DNA of 64,000 nt. Source: Callorhinchus milii. Taxonomy: Eukaryota. A model generated the notes under the pieces. The model was not told the DNA's origin. It did not search any database and was given only the letters and a program-made list of their open reading frames with translations. Shown in pieces: positions 10,931-24,551 of the stretch. Where the stretch lies: the NCBI RefSeq assembly GCF_018977255.1, contig NW_024704742.1, positions 13,890,001 to 13,954,000 of the forward strand, in the 5' to 3' direction. The first letter of the stretch is position 1. The number at the start of each line of letters is the position of its first letter. The position numbers and the translations under genes are program-made.

Positions 10931-12344
10931 TAAATATTATTCACTAATCTTCAACTGCATTCCAGACATAAGATTGGATGACCATAGTTATTAGAATTTC
11001 TGATGAGGTAACAACTGCCAAGAAACATTTCTGAGTGGAATTATGGAGAGGACAATATAAAACAATGAAAAAAACATTCAACAGACGAGGAAAGCAAGCT
11101 CTTGACACTGATGCTTTGGGAATGGCACATGAAGTAAAATGCCTGAACATCTCAGCAATTATACTGTGCCCTTCATGCAGGATAGCGCAGGATCTAGACC
11201 TAGTCTGCTAGTTCGGTCTGCTGCAAGCTTTACTTTGTGTAACAGACAGCAGGAGATGTGCTGCACATTCTGGATCAACATCATTAATGCAGAATACAAC
11301 TTTTCCAAACTGAAGCTCATTGAGACTTGCTGAGGTTTACAGCAAGGCAGGAAAGGCCATGTAGACTAGGTATAATCTCTGTTGAACATGAACTGATTAG
11401 TTCACTTCAGTACTATGGTCTCGTTGAGGCATTTATCGGTTAACATAAAAAACAAAAGACACCTGTTAAGTCAAGTGCTAACTAAAGGTAAATCAAAGGA
11501 ATCTTTTAAAATTTTTTAACATTCTGTGTGTTACAGTAGTGTCCTTTGTTGGGGGTAAAAAGTTTCGGAGGTAGCGAGGAAAAGGACAGGGTAGGTGGGG
11601 TACCCCATAATTAATGTCAATAGCAGTGCAATAATCCTATGGCAGACTTTACAGCATCTTATGAATGTAATCCTTAATGCCACATGGAAACATTCTTTTT
11701 CATAGATAAGAGAGTTGTGTTGAACGCTGGCTTGGCTGCATGTGAGAGAAAATCTTATCTCCACTGGAAAATGTGGAATTGAGGCATAACAATAGATTTG
11801 TTACAAACCAAGAAAATATGAAGCAAAACCTCCATATTTGGAGCCACAATTGTAAGTTCTATCATGTGCAGTTCCAATTACCATTGGAGACATTTGGGGT
11901 TTTGTTAAAAAAAGTTTTTTTGCAATTTATTTTCTGAATGCAGTGCTGCTTACTTGTCACTTTCATCAGATTCGTTTAAATTATTTTTGGTTAGCAATTT
12001 CTCCAGCACTGAACTTTAATTGTAAGACATTACGCAGTGGTCTCTGTCTGACACTCAGACTGGCAGTGAATGGCACACACCTCAGTTTATTTATATTTTG
12101 CATTAAGTGTGATTGTGCTGGAATACTGATCAACTCATTCAAGCTACAGATTCAATTTGCTGACATGGAATCAGTGATGCAAAAATAGGTTACAAGCAAA
12201 AAATTGCAGCAAACTGAAGTGAAGCACAAAAATGAGAGATGAACCACTGGACTGCTTAAATGGATCAAGAGCACAACATAATTTCAATATAGAGGATTTT
12301 TAAAAAGTAATGTTAATTGATTCATCCTCAATTAATTGGGATCA

Positions 12345-12772
12345 AGCCTCAAGGACCTTGAGCTCAAAGTCTAATCTGATACTTCAATGCAATGCTGGAA
12401 AGTGTTGTACTCCCAACCTTCAGTTGAGATGTTAAACTGAAGTTTTGTCTGCCTGTTAAAGATTCTATGGCATTATTTGAAAAGCTCTCCCAGTATCCTG
12501 GCCAACATATCCACATTCACTTCATTTGAGTTCTGATGAAAGGTCATCGACTTGAAACATTAACTCAGTTTCCTCTCTCCATAGATGGTACCTGACCAAC
12601 TGAGTGTTCCCAGCGACTTCTGTTTTTATTTCACTTCATGGCTGTTTGTGGAACATTGCTATGGTCAAATTAGCTGCCATGGTCACTTACAAAATATACA
12701 GTCACCACACTATTATAAATCCAACATCCATTATTGAGATGTTAAGCCTCTATATCAAATGCAAGAATTATT
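12345..12772 (+). mobile_element. Old Deu-SINE hosting a ribozyme-motif insertion
   Basis: gagatgttaaactga..cctggccaaca before the insert; ggctgtttgtggaacattgct and tatatcaaatgcaag tail after it. Confidence 0.75.
12526..12629 (+). mobile_element. Penelope-like terminal repeat fragment with minimal hammerhead motif (copy 2)
   Basis: tgagtt-CTGATGA-aag..ctt-GAAA-ca-tt-aactca; flanked by ttcacttcat at 12516-12525 and 12630-12639. Confidence 0.75.
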
Positions 12773-14099
12773 GACAATTGGTATTCTTCACAGGCTGGAA
12801 AGTCCTCAGGTGCATCAGACCCAACCATTGTGACAAAGTTATGTGGGTTACACTCTTAGCCAGACAATAACAGGGCAGAATTTTCTGCTGCATCAGACAT
12901 TAAATCGAGGTCCAATCTACCTGGTCAGTTGGATTTTAAAGATCCCATGGCACTATTTGGAAACAGAAGGGAGTTTCAAACTTATCCCAATTGCACATCC
13001 CAATTTCCCCCCACAAGAATTACATTTCAGTTGCTGCTATGCGATTTGCAATTTGCAGTGACAAAAAGTACAGGCAATCTTCGTTGTTATTGTTATTGCA
13101 GTCATTTATGTACTTATCATGTGCATAAAATGAGAATTCAGACATTAGGAGTACTCCAATGTTAAGGCTTGTTCTCAAATTCCAATGTCAGTTTCATGCA
13201 GTGATAAATGATTTTTTGCCACTGAACTAAAACACCAGTTGAGCTAATTATTCGGGGGGGATTCAATCAATGTAAGAGTTATGCAAAATATTACAATTAC
13301 TGTACTCCACCAGCACTGTATGTCTCACTTGGCTCATGCTTTAACAGCGTCAGGAAACAACAAAAATATTCAGTGTCTCTTTGTGTTACAGAGTTTACAA
13401 TAGAAAATGAATGAGCACCAACTACTGATGTATGTGACGGCTTCAAACAGTGATACTGATGGTTTTCTCCAACATTGTTGTACTCTGCAATATGTGTAAT
13501 GAGTCCTGTTTGCATTCCACTATATTTGTGTATTATTCTAAATGCGCACATTATAAATGGATGCAAATGCAACATTTATTTTGCTAAATAATTTCTCGGT
13601 GCAAATCCGACCATCATATGAATATTTTATGACAGAATGATCCATAGAGTAAAGAGCATAATGTATAACAAAACAATCAAGAAACTCCAACATAGGAATC
13701 CAATAAAATGAACAGCCAACAAGCTTGGGGGTTTAAATCCACACGTAATATGGTCTGAAAATTAGCATGGAATGGGAAAAACTACAGTGAATATAGATTT
13801 GAGGAAGATAAACTATGTAAAATACATTGCCCCTTTTTTAAAAACAAAATCTACATCAATGCAATTACATTCCTACTATAACTTTTGCGTTGATTTTTAT
13901 CTATAAATAGAAATAAACATATTAATCAATTTAGTAACATGGTAACAGTTTTAGACAAGAGTAGACAAATAATCCATCCCACCAACCAACCCAAATTTCC
14001 AAAACACACATTTTGGGCCAATTAAACCTGAACCCTTTTGATTTTCAGGAACCTTTCTAGTTTCTCTTAGAAACCATTTTATGGCTCTGGCAGCATCAA

Positions 14100-14820
14100 C
14101 CTCCATGGTTGCACACTACAACTCACCAAGCCAGTCAGGAACCTCGGTGCCTTGTTCGACACTCAACTGTCTTTCCTTCCCCATATCCAAGCCATGACCC
14201 GCTCTGCCTTCCCTCACCTCCGTAACATCGCCCGACTCTGTCACTACCTCACCCCTCAGGCCGCTGAAACTCTCGTTCATGCCTTCATCACCTCCAGGCT
14301 CATCGGCCTTCCCAACTCCTCCCTCCACAGGCTGCAGAACTCTGCACCAAATGCTGTGACCCCATCGCCCCCATTCTCGCCCGACTCCATTGGCTCCCTA
14401 TCCTTCAGAGGATCCAGTTCAAGATCCTGGTCCTCATCTACAAAGCCTTCCATGGCCTCGCCCCACCCTACCTCTGTGACCTCCTACCCCCCTACTAACC
14501 CGCCCACTCCCTCCGCTCAGCCGGCTCCGGCCTGCTCCACGTCCCCTGCCGCACCCGCCCCACCATTGGGTGGAAAGCCTTCAGCCACTCTGCCCCCAAC
14601 TTCTGGAATTCCATCACCCAATCACTCCCCCTCACCACCTCCTTAGCCTCCTTCAAGTCCCGCCTCAAGACCCTCCACTTCGACCATGCCATCGGCCAAC
14701 CTCTTCCCCTCCTCTCTCTTCTCCCCCCCTGACCGCAGCTCGGGTCTGAAATACTGTACACTGTCCAGCGCCTTGGGACATGAAAGGTGCTATACAAATG
14801 TAACCTTGTTGTTGTTGTTT
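14100..14820 (+). mobile_element. L2 3' fragment
   Basis: FDTQLSFLPHI..HLRNIARLCHYLTPQAAETLVHAFITSRL; (TTG)n tail. Confidence 0.93.
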
Positions 14821-15351
14821 ATAGGAGTAAAATGTGCTATGTTTCTTGTTTCTTAACACATTCCCAATGCTAATTAACATAAAGAACAAGTTAGAGAACA
14901 CTACAAAATTGTTTCTTAACTAATTAGTGTGGGATAAAGTCCACTGACTTACCTCACCATTGAGTGTGTGGTGCGGGGGCATAAGTGAGATAAACGAAAG
15001 AACTTTACACTAACCTTATTAGTTAAGGAAGAAATTTAGCTTAAAGTGGTGAGGAGCCTCGGGGTCTTGTTTAAACCCCTCCCTCTCTTTCAAGCCCACA
15101 TCCAGGCTCTCACTTTCTCTTTATCATCCTCACCCTCTTCAGCCAACATCCCACCAGCTCAGATGCCAGTAGCGTAAAGTGCTTTGAGATGTCCTCCCAA
15201 CAAAAGAGGCTCTATATTATATTGTAGTGCAAACCTTGTCTTAATTAACACAAGGAAGGCCTCAAGGAATACCCGCAAATTTTACCCTTGAGTTCCTTGT
15301 TCCTGTTCCTGTGATACTGAAACAATTCTCCTACATTTTCTATTCCTAGAT

Positions 15352-15513
15352 GTGGAGTCCTGTAGCTCAGTGGTTAGAGCACTCTTTATATATACCTATA
15401 AATATACACACATATATATACTTATATACATACTTTAAAGTATATTTTGTGAAGCACTTTGAGACGTCTAGAAGACATGAAAAGCGCGATATCAAATGCA
15501 AGGATTATTATTA
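15352..15513 (+). mobile_element. Internally deleted young SINE
   Basis: Exact SINE head (gtggagtcc..gagcactc) joined by TA/CA-rich filler to the SINE tail. Confidence 0.85.
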
Positions 15514-15614
15514 ATTCATATTTGGACAGTGAAAAAAAATCTAATTCAAAGAGATGGGAAGGGATTTACTCATGCTTCATAGTGAAAAATCTAGTCTAAA
15601 AATAATCTAATAAT

Positions 15615-15840
15615 AATAATCTATAAACATTGGGAGAACATCTCAAAATGCATCATAAAATTTACTGTGCATTTTGTGGGTAAACATGGCAGCTGATTTA
15701 TACACAGCAATACCAAACAAACCACTAGGAAGTAATTTTATCTCAGGGATCGTTGCCCCGGACACTGGGAGGAACTCCTTTCTCTTTTTTAATATATACA
15801 TGGTATCTGGTTTAATGTCTCATTCAAAGGTTTACATCTA
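15615..15840 (-). mobile_element. Old Deu-SINE, degraded
   Basis: gtgggtaaacatggcagc..cacagcaa..ctggtttaatgtctcattc. Confidence 0.6.
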
Positions 15841-17349
15841 ATTGTACTAAAATGCCCAAGCATAGGATCCATGGGATACAGGTTTTGCAGTTAAAATGAA
15901 AAAGTTTTAACATGGCTGCAGCAAGTGTAGTAGATGAATGATTATGAATCCATAGTGCACTGTACTACCTACCCTTGCAATAATGTGGCAATTCCCAGCC
16001 ATCGAATGGTCTTCACTCCATGGGGAAAAAGACTTATTTGTATAAAGATAGGTTGTCTGTCTGACTTCAATTCACTTGCTGGGGCTTAATATCAGAACTG
16101 GCTAAGAATATTTATCAGGCTGCAATGGAAAGACTTCCTCCAAGCGTGAAAAAAGGTTTACAATCTGGCTGCTGTTTCTTGTCAATTTTTCACTGAGAGT
16201 CAGAGCATGGACAAGAGAATTGCCTTTTATACTATGGTAGGTTTAACAAACAAGGGATTTGTTTTGCATAAGTGCTCATTAAGGTGAAGGTGTGGTGATG
16301 CTGGATTCAAGGTGCACACAACCATTTTATTTTATAAACTGATCCAGGGTTCACCAAAGCTGCTTACCCAATGCATGTAGCCCTAATCTCACAGGAATTT
16401 TCAACGTGATTCCTGCATTATATTGTTACTCCCCACATGCTTGGCTCCTCAATTGCCACAATGAAAATAAATTCCAATTAATGTAGAATTCTCGGCTATT
16501 TATACAATCGGTTCTTATCTGCTGGGAACACCCTTGACTGCAAACTGTTTCACTTAAAAAATATTTAAGGAAAGAAACCATTATTTCTTTTGGGGCTGGA
16601 ATCAAGCCCAGATACCAGGGTAAAAGAGAGTACCAGAGAAATTGTTCTAAAAGCATTACACATTGTCACGTACAATATTCAAAGAATGATAGCAAACACA
16701 CTTCTGAAAATACACAACAAATCAACCAAGGTCTTGAGAAAAAAGGTTACTTTTTAGTTATTTATGACTCTTCATTGGAAGATAAAAGTATCCTTTAGAC
16801 ATCACCTCTATTTTCTCACCCAGAATGCTGTAAGATTTCCTCCTTAATGACCTTCATAAGGACTTTTTGAAAAGAAATCTCCTATATTCCTTTTTTTTAC
16901 TGTAGTTTTAAAGAGATGACAGTGTTCAGAATAATACAAAAACAGTCGACTCATCCATTATCTTGAAATTCAATGGTTGTTCAATCATGTTTACATTTTT
17001 GCTAAGATTAACAAACGCAATTGTCAACTTTGAAAATACTTCTTAAATGATTGATTTCCCACTCTGCAATCACCCCATTCCAGCTGCTTATCATCTTTTG
17101 TTAAAGACAATCTTCCAGGTGGCCATCCTTTCACAACCCTGACACTGTGACCTCTTGTCCTGCTGCCTATGTGTATTTGAAAGTATTGTTTAAGGATTAC
17201 TGTCTCTGTGTTATTTGCATCTTATATTCCTCCATAAGATTCCCTATGACACATCTCCATTCGAATGTGAAGAGCGCTAGCTAAATAAGTTATTCGTCAT
17301 AGTTCACTCCTCTAACACAGAAACACTCTTGCTGAGAGCTTGCTGATTG

Positions 17350-17642
17350 TCCTTCAGCTGAGACATTAAACGAGATCCCAGCTCTCTGTTCAGGTGGACG
17401 AGAAAAATCTCATGGTCCAATTCAAAAAGAAAAAGAGTTTCTTTCAGTATTCTGGCGAAAACTGCTCCAATTAAAATAGGCCACTCACTTGGCTCTGTTT
17501 GTGGTACAGTGCTGTTCCTAAATTGGCTGCCAGGTTTGTCCTCAACATACAGTCACCACACTTAGCAGTAAGTTTTTTGAAGCACTTTGAGATGTCTTGC
17601 TGATGGTTTAAGGCACCATATAAAGATACATTGTATTGAATT
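17350..17642 (+). mobile_element. Old Deu-SINE body and tail
   Basis: gagacattaaac..tgttcaggtggac..ctgtttgtgg..aaattggctgcc..aagcactttgagatgtc. Confidence 0.75.
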
Positions 17643-17754
17643 GATTTGAGACGTGGCAATCTGTCTTTAATGACCAAAATATATTATGCATCCATGGCAA
17701 CTATTCTTTAAAACAAAATAACTGTCTTTTAACAGGCAGCATTAATGCAAAAAT

Positions 17755-18074
17755 GTGGAGTCCTGTAGCTCAGTGGTTAGAGCACTCGCTTTGCAAGCGA
17801 GAGACCTGAGTTCAATTCCAGACAGGGCGAAACCTTGGGCAAGTTTCCTTACTCTACACGCCTAATAATAATCCCTCCAAATCCAAAAACAATAATAAAT
17901 TGGTCATTTTCAATCTACGACTGTTTGTGCGACATTGCTGTGCGCAATTGGCTGCCGCGTTCGCCCACAAATATACAGTCAATTCACTTTACAGTGTGTT
18001 CTGTGAAGCGCTTTGGGACGTCCTCCTGACGTGAAAAGCGCTATATCAAATGCAAGGATTATTATTATTATTAT
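17755..18074 (+). mobile_element. Full-length young tRNA(Ala)-derived Deu-SINE
   Basis: A and B boxes, anticodon-like arm CTCGC-TTTGCAA-GCGAG, Deu domain, L2-like 3' stem-loop, (ATT)n. Confidence 0.95.
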
Positions 18075-18809
18075 AAAAGGATGTGACTGATTTGGAAAAA
18101 TGGCACCTGATTGTCCATGTATGTTTACTGGGATGGCTGCTCTCAGAAACCCAGGCCAGCATTTATAAATAGATGGTGGCCAAAGTGATTTCCCTAGGTC
18201 TGCAAATACTTTCATTTAGTCCTGACTGCTTTCTTTTATTGCATTTATTACTTGAGAAAGTAAATGTGTTGTTTGCGGCTATATCAGGTTACCTTATTGC
18301 CTCTGCCTCTCTGCTGCAATCCTTAACCTCAAAGTATTTTCCACTTCCATGAGCTTTTCCATTTTCTGCTTTCATTTATGCAAAATTATAGTCAGGAGTT
18401 CCAATCGCAACAACAAAAGTAGTTGATAAGCTTAGTTTACACCATGCATAATGTGACTGATTCTTATTCATTTAAGTTTCAGATGAAATTATTACAGTTG
18501 ATTACCTCTACAAACAGCTGAAATTGCTTTTGAAACATTGATCAATAGTCTATTCAAAGATCATGCAGCACATGACAAACAGAGTGGGCATTATTTTCCT
18601 AGAAGCCTACATTATGCCCAGATACAAATCCTGCCTTTTCATTTCTGTGTTTTGTGGTATAAATGCAAATTTGAGAGTTGCTGATACTATAAAGATCCAC
18701 AGTGGTTTCTTCTGCTGCTATAAAATGCTCCACTCACACTCCCCGCCCCTACCCCCCGCAAAAAAAATCAGAAGACAATAGACCAGATGGCAGTACAATG
18801 TGTCCTTCA

Positions 18810-19180
18810 ATCACAAGATTGATCTGGAAGAAGAAAGCCCTTTGATCCATCTGATTTAATCTCTGATTTAATACCCATCCACTCTACCATTCCCCCATCA
18901 TTGTATCAAGCTGCTTTTTATCATGATACATGATATCTCATAAAGTATTATTCTGGGGTTTCAATCCCATTTAAACTTTTAGAAAACTCAAAGAAGTTTC
19001 ATCTGAGTTCTCTCAAGATTATAGAGACCTAGTTTATCCAATCATTGCTCATAGTTCATTCCTTTAGCACTGGGGATCATCCTTGTGGCTCTTCTCTGCA
19101 TCACTTCTAGAGCGAGGACAGCTCCCTTATTTCGTGGTGACCAGAACTGTACACAGTATTCAAGGTGTGGTGTGAACAGA
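18810..19180 (-). mobile_element. CR1 fragment
   Basis: Minus-strand translation PHLEYCVQFWSPRNKG..LEVMQRRATRMIP..GMNYEQ. Confidence 0.85.
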
Positions 19181-19659
19181 GAGGGGCTCAAATCCAAACC
19201 TACTGAACAAACAAAAAGGTTCACTGGATCAGAAGATTACACAATTGATCTCACATCAGGACTTGAGTTCATAGTCTAGACTCCAGTGAGTGCTGGAGGG
19301 AATTCTCAGAGGTACCATCATTAAAGTAGGTCCAGTCTGTCGGTCTTCAGGTGAATATTGAACATCCTGTGAAGTGTGTGGGGTTTGGGGGGGTGGCTGG
19401 GCAGGGGAATCCTCCAGCACTCCCATGTTCATTTCATGCATTAGGTATATGTGTGTGCTGAACCAGTTTCAACTGAGCAGTAGAGAGAATTAAATAATTG
19501 CCACCAATATCACAAGATTAAGGGAGTTGTAAATTTGGCCACAATTTTTCTATCCTGATCCAACAACTCTTAGAAAAGTTAGGGCTCTTCTGCCTTGAAA
19601 TAAACTGTCCACAGAGGGGACCTTATTGAGGTATACAGATTTTAAATGGGATTGAGACA

Positions 19660-20819
19660 TATTTGAGACATAGACGTAGTTTATATGGATTCTCAAAAGG
19701 TGTTTGATCAAGTGCCACATAAAAGACTTGTAAGCAAAATAGAAACCCACGGATTTAAAGGGACAGTGGCAGCAGACAGAAAGCAGAGAGTGGTGGTAAA
19801 CGGTTGTTTTTCTGACTGGAGGGAAGTGGTGTCCCCTAGGGGGCAGTATTGGGACCACTGCTGTTTTTGATCTATGTAAATGACCTGGACTTGGGTACAG
19901 AGAGTACAATTTCCAAGTTTGCAGATGATACTAAGCTAGGAAAAGTAGTAAACTGTGAGGAGGATAGGACTGCAAATGGACATAGACAGATTGGTAAAAT
20001 GCGCGGCAGATGAAGTTTAATGTGGAGAAATGCAAAGTGATGCATTTTGGGAGGAAGAATGAGGAGAGGCAATATAAACTGATGGTACAATCTTAAAGGG
20101 GGTGAAGGAACAGAGAGACCTGGGGGTTCATATAAGCAAATCTTTGAAGGTATCAGGACAGGTAGATAAAGCTGTTAAAAAAGCATACAGGATACTAGGC
20201 TTTATAAATAGGGGAATAGAATACAAAAGTCAGGAAGTTATGATGAACCTTTATAAAACACTGGTTAGGCCTCAGCTAGAGACTGTGTTCAGTTCTGGGC
20301 ACCACACTTTAGGAAGGATGTCAAGGCATTGGAGAGGGTGCAAAGGAGATTTACTAGGATGATAGCAGGAATGAGGGACGTCAGTTATCAGGAGAGGCTA
20401 GAGAAGCGAGGATTATTCTCCTTGGAGCAGAGAAGATTAAGAGGAGACTTAATAGAAGTTTTCAAAATTCTGAGGGGATTCGATAGGGTGCACAAGGAGA
20501 AACTATTTCCACTGGTGGGTGGGTCGGTAACCCGAGAACACTGATTTAAAATAGTTGTTAAAAGAAACAGAGGGGAGGAGAGGAGACATTTTTTCACACA
20601 GTTTGGATCTGGAATGCATTGCCTGAAAGGGTGGTGGAAGCCGAATCGATAACAACTTTTAAGAGAGTAGATAATTATTTGGGGAGGACAAGTTTGCAGG
20701 GCTATGGGGAGAGAGCAGGGGAGTGGGATTAAATTGGACAGCTCTTTTCAAAGAGCCGACACAGACACAATGGGCTGAATGGCCTCCTTCTGTGCTGTAT
20801 AATTCTATGATTCTATGAT
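19660..20819 (+). mobile_element. CR1 LINE, 5'-truncated, RT core to 3' end
   Basis: KVFDQVPHKRL; KQRVVVNG; SKFADDTKLG; LYKTLVRPQLE; ERVQRRFTRMI; RLRGDLIEVFKI; terminal ttctatgattctatga. Confidence 0.95.
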
Positions 20820-21789
20820 ATTTCAGAACAATATTTTCAAGTATTGGGAAAATTAGACTGTCAAAGAGTTTGGTTTTCGTTAGTTTACTCAAGTTCAAAC
20901 ATTAAAGATCTTTTCATCAATAGAAACACATGCCATTCGTATTCAAAATATGAAATAATAGATCCTAAATATTGCAATTCGCAGTGAAGATCAAGAGGCT
21001 GCAGGGAAATGCAGCTTTGTTACATTTGCCATGGCTGTTGAGTAGATCAGAAGAATAACTTTATAAGATCATTGTGCACTAGGCTATGGGTTCAATTTCT
21101 CCTGTGGATTGTGCTTACTTTGTTAGCAATAATTCTTCTCAAAAAAGCAGGTTTGAATGTTAATGATGATTATATATCATGTAAAGAAAAAAAATCTTTC
21201 TTACTTCCAAAATAAAATGCAGGGAGAATAATATATAACTGCATTTATTTAGGCAGTAGCATTCTCCAAGGATAGATTGTACAAGCCAATGAATGTTAAG
21301 TGCAGGGAAGATATTGTTCATGTCTATGATTCAATATTGTGCACTGAGCAGTCAATCAGTGTTAGTGCATACCCATAAGTTATATCTTAGGAAAGGTGAG
21401 AATAAAATGGGCAGCTATCATCAAAAATGAAAGGGTAAGATATTTCTCTTTGTATTCGTCATTTTGCAGGATTACAATTGGCAGTGATATGCTTATTTCC
21501 TTCTGAAAATTTTCTAAACTTATGCAAGTGGCATATTTACCACTCAATTACATTTTCCATGATGCACTATACCCTCAATGATAACTCAAACTACCAGAGA
21601 GACTACGAGTCAATGGAGATCTAATGAGGGGTGTAACTGGGAAAAATATACTCCACGATTCTTTTCAATGCAAAATTACTGTAAAAGCACTTTAATCAGC
21701 TTGTTTGACTGGATCTAGTGTGATTTAAACACTATGCAAAACCATCTCAATTCGAATTCTTAATCTTTTTGTAACAAACATTTTATTAT

Positions 21790-22260
21790 AAGAATAATTC
21801 TTACATTTGATATTGCCCTTCCATGTTAGGAGGACATCTCAAACCACTTCTCAGGCAGCGCAAAACCTTAGGCAAGTTTCCTTACTCCACATGTCTATGT
21901 TTACTTAGCAGTAAGTAGGAACCCGGTTGTTATTTGACTTGGCTCACAATTGGCTGCCACATTTTGCCCACAAAATACACTTTAATATATATTCTGAGAA
22001 GCACTTTGAAACATCTCAAAGATGTGGTAAGGAGTTATATCAAATGCAAGAATATTATTATTACTGTAAAATATAGTAACTATTTTTCAGCAAACCTGGC
22101 AGCCAATTTGCACAAAGTAATGTTCCATAAACAACCATGAAGTGAGTAGCCAATTTTTACTCCTTTTTCTTTTTTTGAATAGTGACATTGGATCTTTAAT
22201 TTTCCACTTGAATTCCACTGTCCTCCTCCGAAGGACAGCACTTCCGACAATGCAGCAGAC
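21790..22260. mobile_element. SINE fragment cluster (- tail, + SINE remnant, - old SINE)
   Basis: gcaaaaccttaggcaagtttccttactc..caattggctgcc..atcaaatgcaag on +; ggcagccaatttgcac on -. Confidence 0.7.
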
Positions 22261-23944
22261 TAGATGGTCAAATCTACAGTTTAAGTTTAAGTAGGGCAAA
22301 ATTACTTTTTTTTGATATGCACTCCATTCCTTATTTAAGGAATTGGGTTAAATATGTTTTTAAATACCCCCTCCCTCTAACTTTTGAACAATAGTAGCAT
22401 CTAAATTCGGTTGAAAATTTCTTGAAGGAAGGATAACCTTTACTATATTGTAATGTTATAGTAGGATATTAATTTAGTTAAGTCATTACCCTATAAAGTG
22501 ATCTAGAACCATAGAAATCTCCAGCAGAGTAGGGCATTCAGCCCAATGTCTGTGTTGGTTGGCTCATTTAAGAGCAATCCTTTCAGTCCCATTTACCCTG
22601 TACCTCAGTAGTTGACTCCTTTTTAGGTATATAATGGCGGACATTAGAAACTTCCAGAATTTTTGTCGGCCTCAGTGCTGAAGTTGTTTTTTTTTAAAAC
22701 CTTGGTGCATAAATGGATGGAATAGCAACCTAGGTCAATAGTAACCCACAACCCACTAACGTAGAGGTCAGTAGTGATATACCACCTCAGCCATTTAGGT
22801 ACAGCCAAAGAGATTCTGAAGTCATACCCTTATATTTGACAAACATATAAACAAACAAAATGATTTTTAAAAAGTGTGATTGATAACATATTACAATGCA
22901 ATAATTTTCTCCTTGACTTAGAAATCTTTCGAAGATTGAACTGCTCTCTTAACTGTTGATAGGTCATTCATCTCTTTGGGCTAGGGAGGTTTTTTTGGGG
23001 AGATGTCATCCTCAATAAAGCTAATGCCAGCTTTACCATCATCACAACCCTTCCCTGCACTATAGATGTGATCTATTAATATGATTATAAATTCCAAGTT
23101 TATGGGTTTATGATTGCATTTTTTATACTCTTCTCATTTTTAAATTGATTATAGTGTCAGAGCCAGACATTCTGGGGAGAAAGCTGTTAAGTGCGCATGT
23201 GCTCCCACACAGTAGTAAGTAGAAGTGCTATTAAAACGGCAGAATGTTTAGTCTGCTCCGAATGACTGTTAGATTGTATTTTTATTAGTAGGCTCATAAC
23301 CAGATGGATTTAAGCTAAAGTTGGCCAGAGTCCTAATAAAAAAGGAATGATACCACTCAAGCTGTTTCTATCTGCATAGGCCAATTTGGTGCAAGCTGTA
23401 GCTGATGGAGTGGAAATTGTGATGGAGAGTTCATGTACACAAACCATTGAAACCCTGGGAAGAATGTTGTTCATTATAATAATAGTAAATAAAATAAATA
23501 ATTCCTCTCTTTGGACACAAAACATATTCCCTTGGGAACTCAAAAAAAGTTTTTCCATTGATCAAGCTGTGAACCAAATACTGACTATTATTGTCCAGTT
23601 GACCCACTTTAAAGCATTACCCTATCTGGAATTTGTGGCTTATGAGACATCTATTTCTTGTATAAACAGTGGCTGCTTTAGGAGGACAGGAATGAGTGTT
23701 GGGATTTCTTTTTCTTGATTCGCCTACAGAGAACCCAAATACTTGACTGAAGGTGAAAACAAAAACCTCCAAAAAGCATAAGAAAACAGTGATATATTAT
23801 CTTATCTGACTGGTGGCTAGCAGAAATATATTAAAGAAAATTGAGCTGAAAATTGCAACTTGTAATGTGTTAATTATAACATCTCGATTTATAATCGATG
23901 ATAATCAACACATCATGTTTTGCAATTTTTACCACGCAGATAAT

Positions 23945-24355
23945 AATAATCATTATAATTACATTTGATATAGTACCTTTCCTACCAGGAGGGCATCTCA
24001 AAGAGTTTCATAGGATTTTACATTAAAGAGCAGTGACTGTGTGTTTTATCATTCTCTTTTCAAGTATTGTGTGGAATCTTTAAAGTCCACCTGAGCAGAG
24101 GGATGGAATCTCAGTTTAACACCTCATCCAAAAGACGCCATCTCCGACAATACAGTGCTCCATGAGAATAATAATAGAATGTAATAGAATGTCCTTGAAC
24201 TGTGAGTTCAAAGTCCTGTTTGAACCCACACCATTCTGACGCAGAGGTGACAGTACTACCAAATGAGCCAGTTTGACATCTGAGCGCAGGGTATCCCATG
24301 GACTAGTTCTGGGATCCTTACTAGAGTGCTACCAACTGAGCCAGGCTGACACCTA
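23945..24355 (-). mobile_element. Old SacSINE1-like SINE plus a second head fragment
   Basis: gtccacctgagcag..gtttaacacctcatccaaaagacg..tttgaacccaca..ctaccaaatgagcc; second head gagtgctaccaactgagccaggctgacac. Confidence 0.75.
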
Positions 24356-24551
24356 ACCCAGGTAGGTTGACAAAGTACTGTATTCTTCTATAAAACATTA
24401 ATTAACATAAACACCCACCCACCATAAAGTTCTCAAGAAATGGAAGCATACCTGATGGATTTATTACTGGATTAAATCATTTAATTTAGAAAACTGATTT
24501 AATCTTTTATTGGCTGTTATTGGAGCCAGATTCTAGAGTAGTAAGATATAA

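Noticed and set aside
19660..20819. Possible active reverse transcriptase gene
   Set aside because: 5'-truncated with frameshifts and deletions; the same applies to the L2 at 8475 and the Tx1 at 42365.
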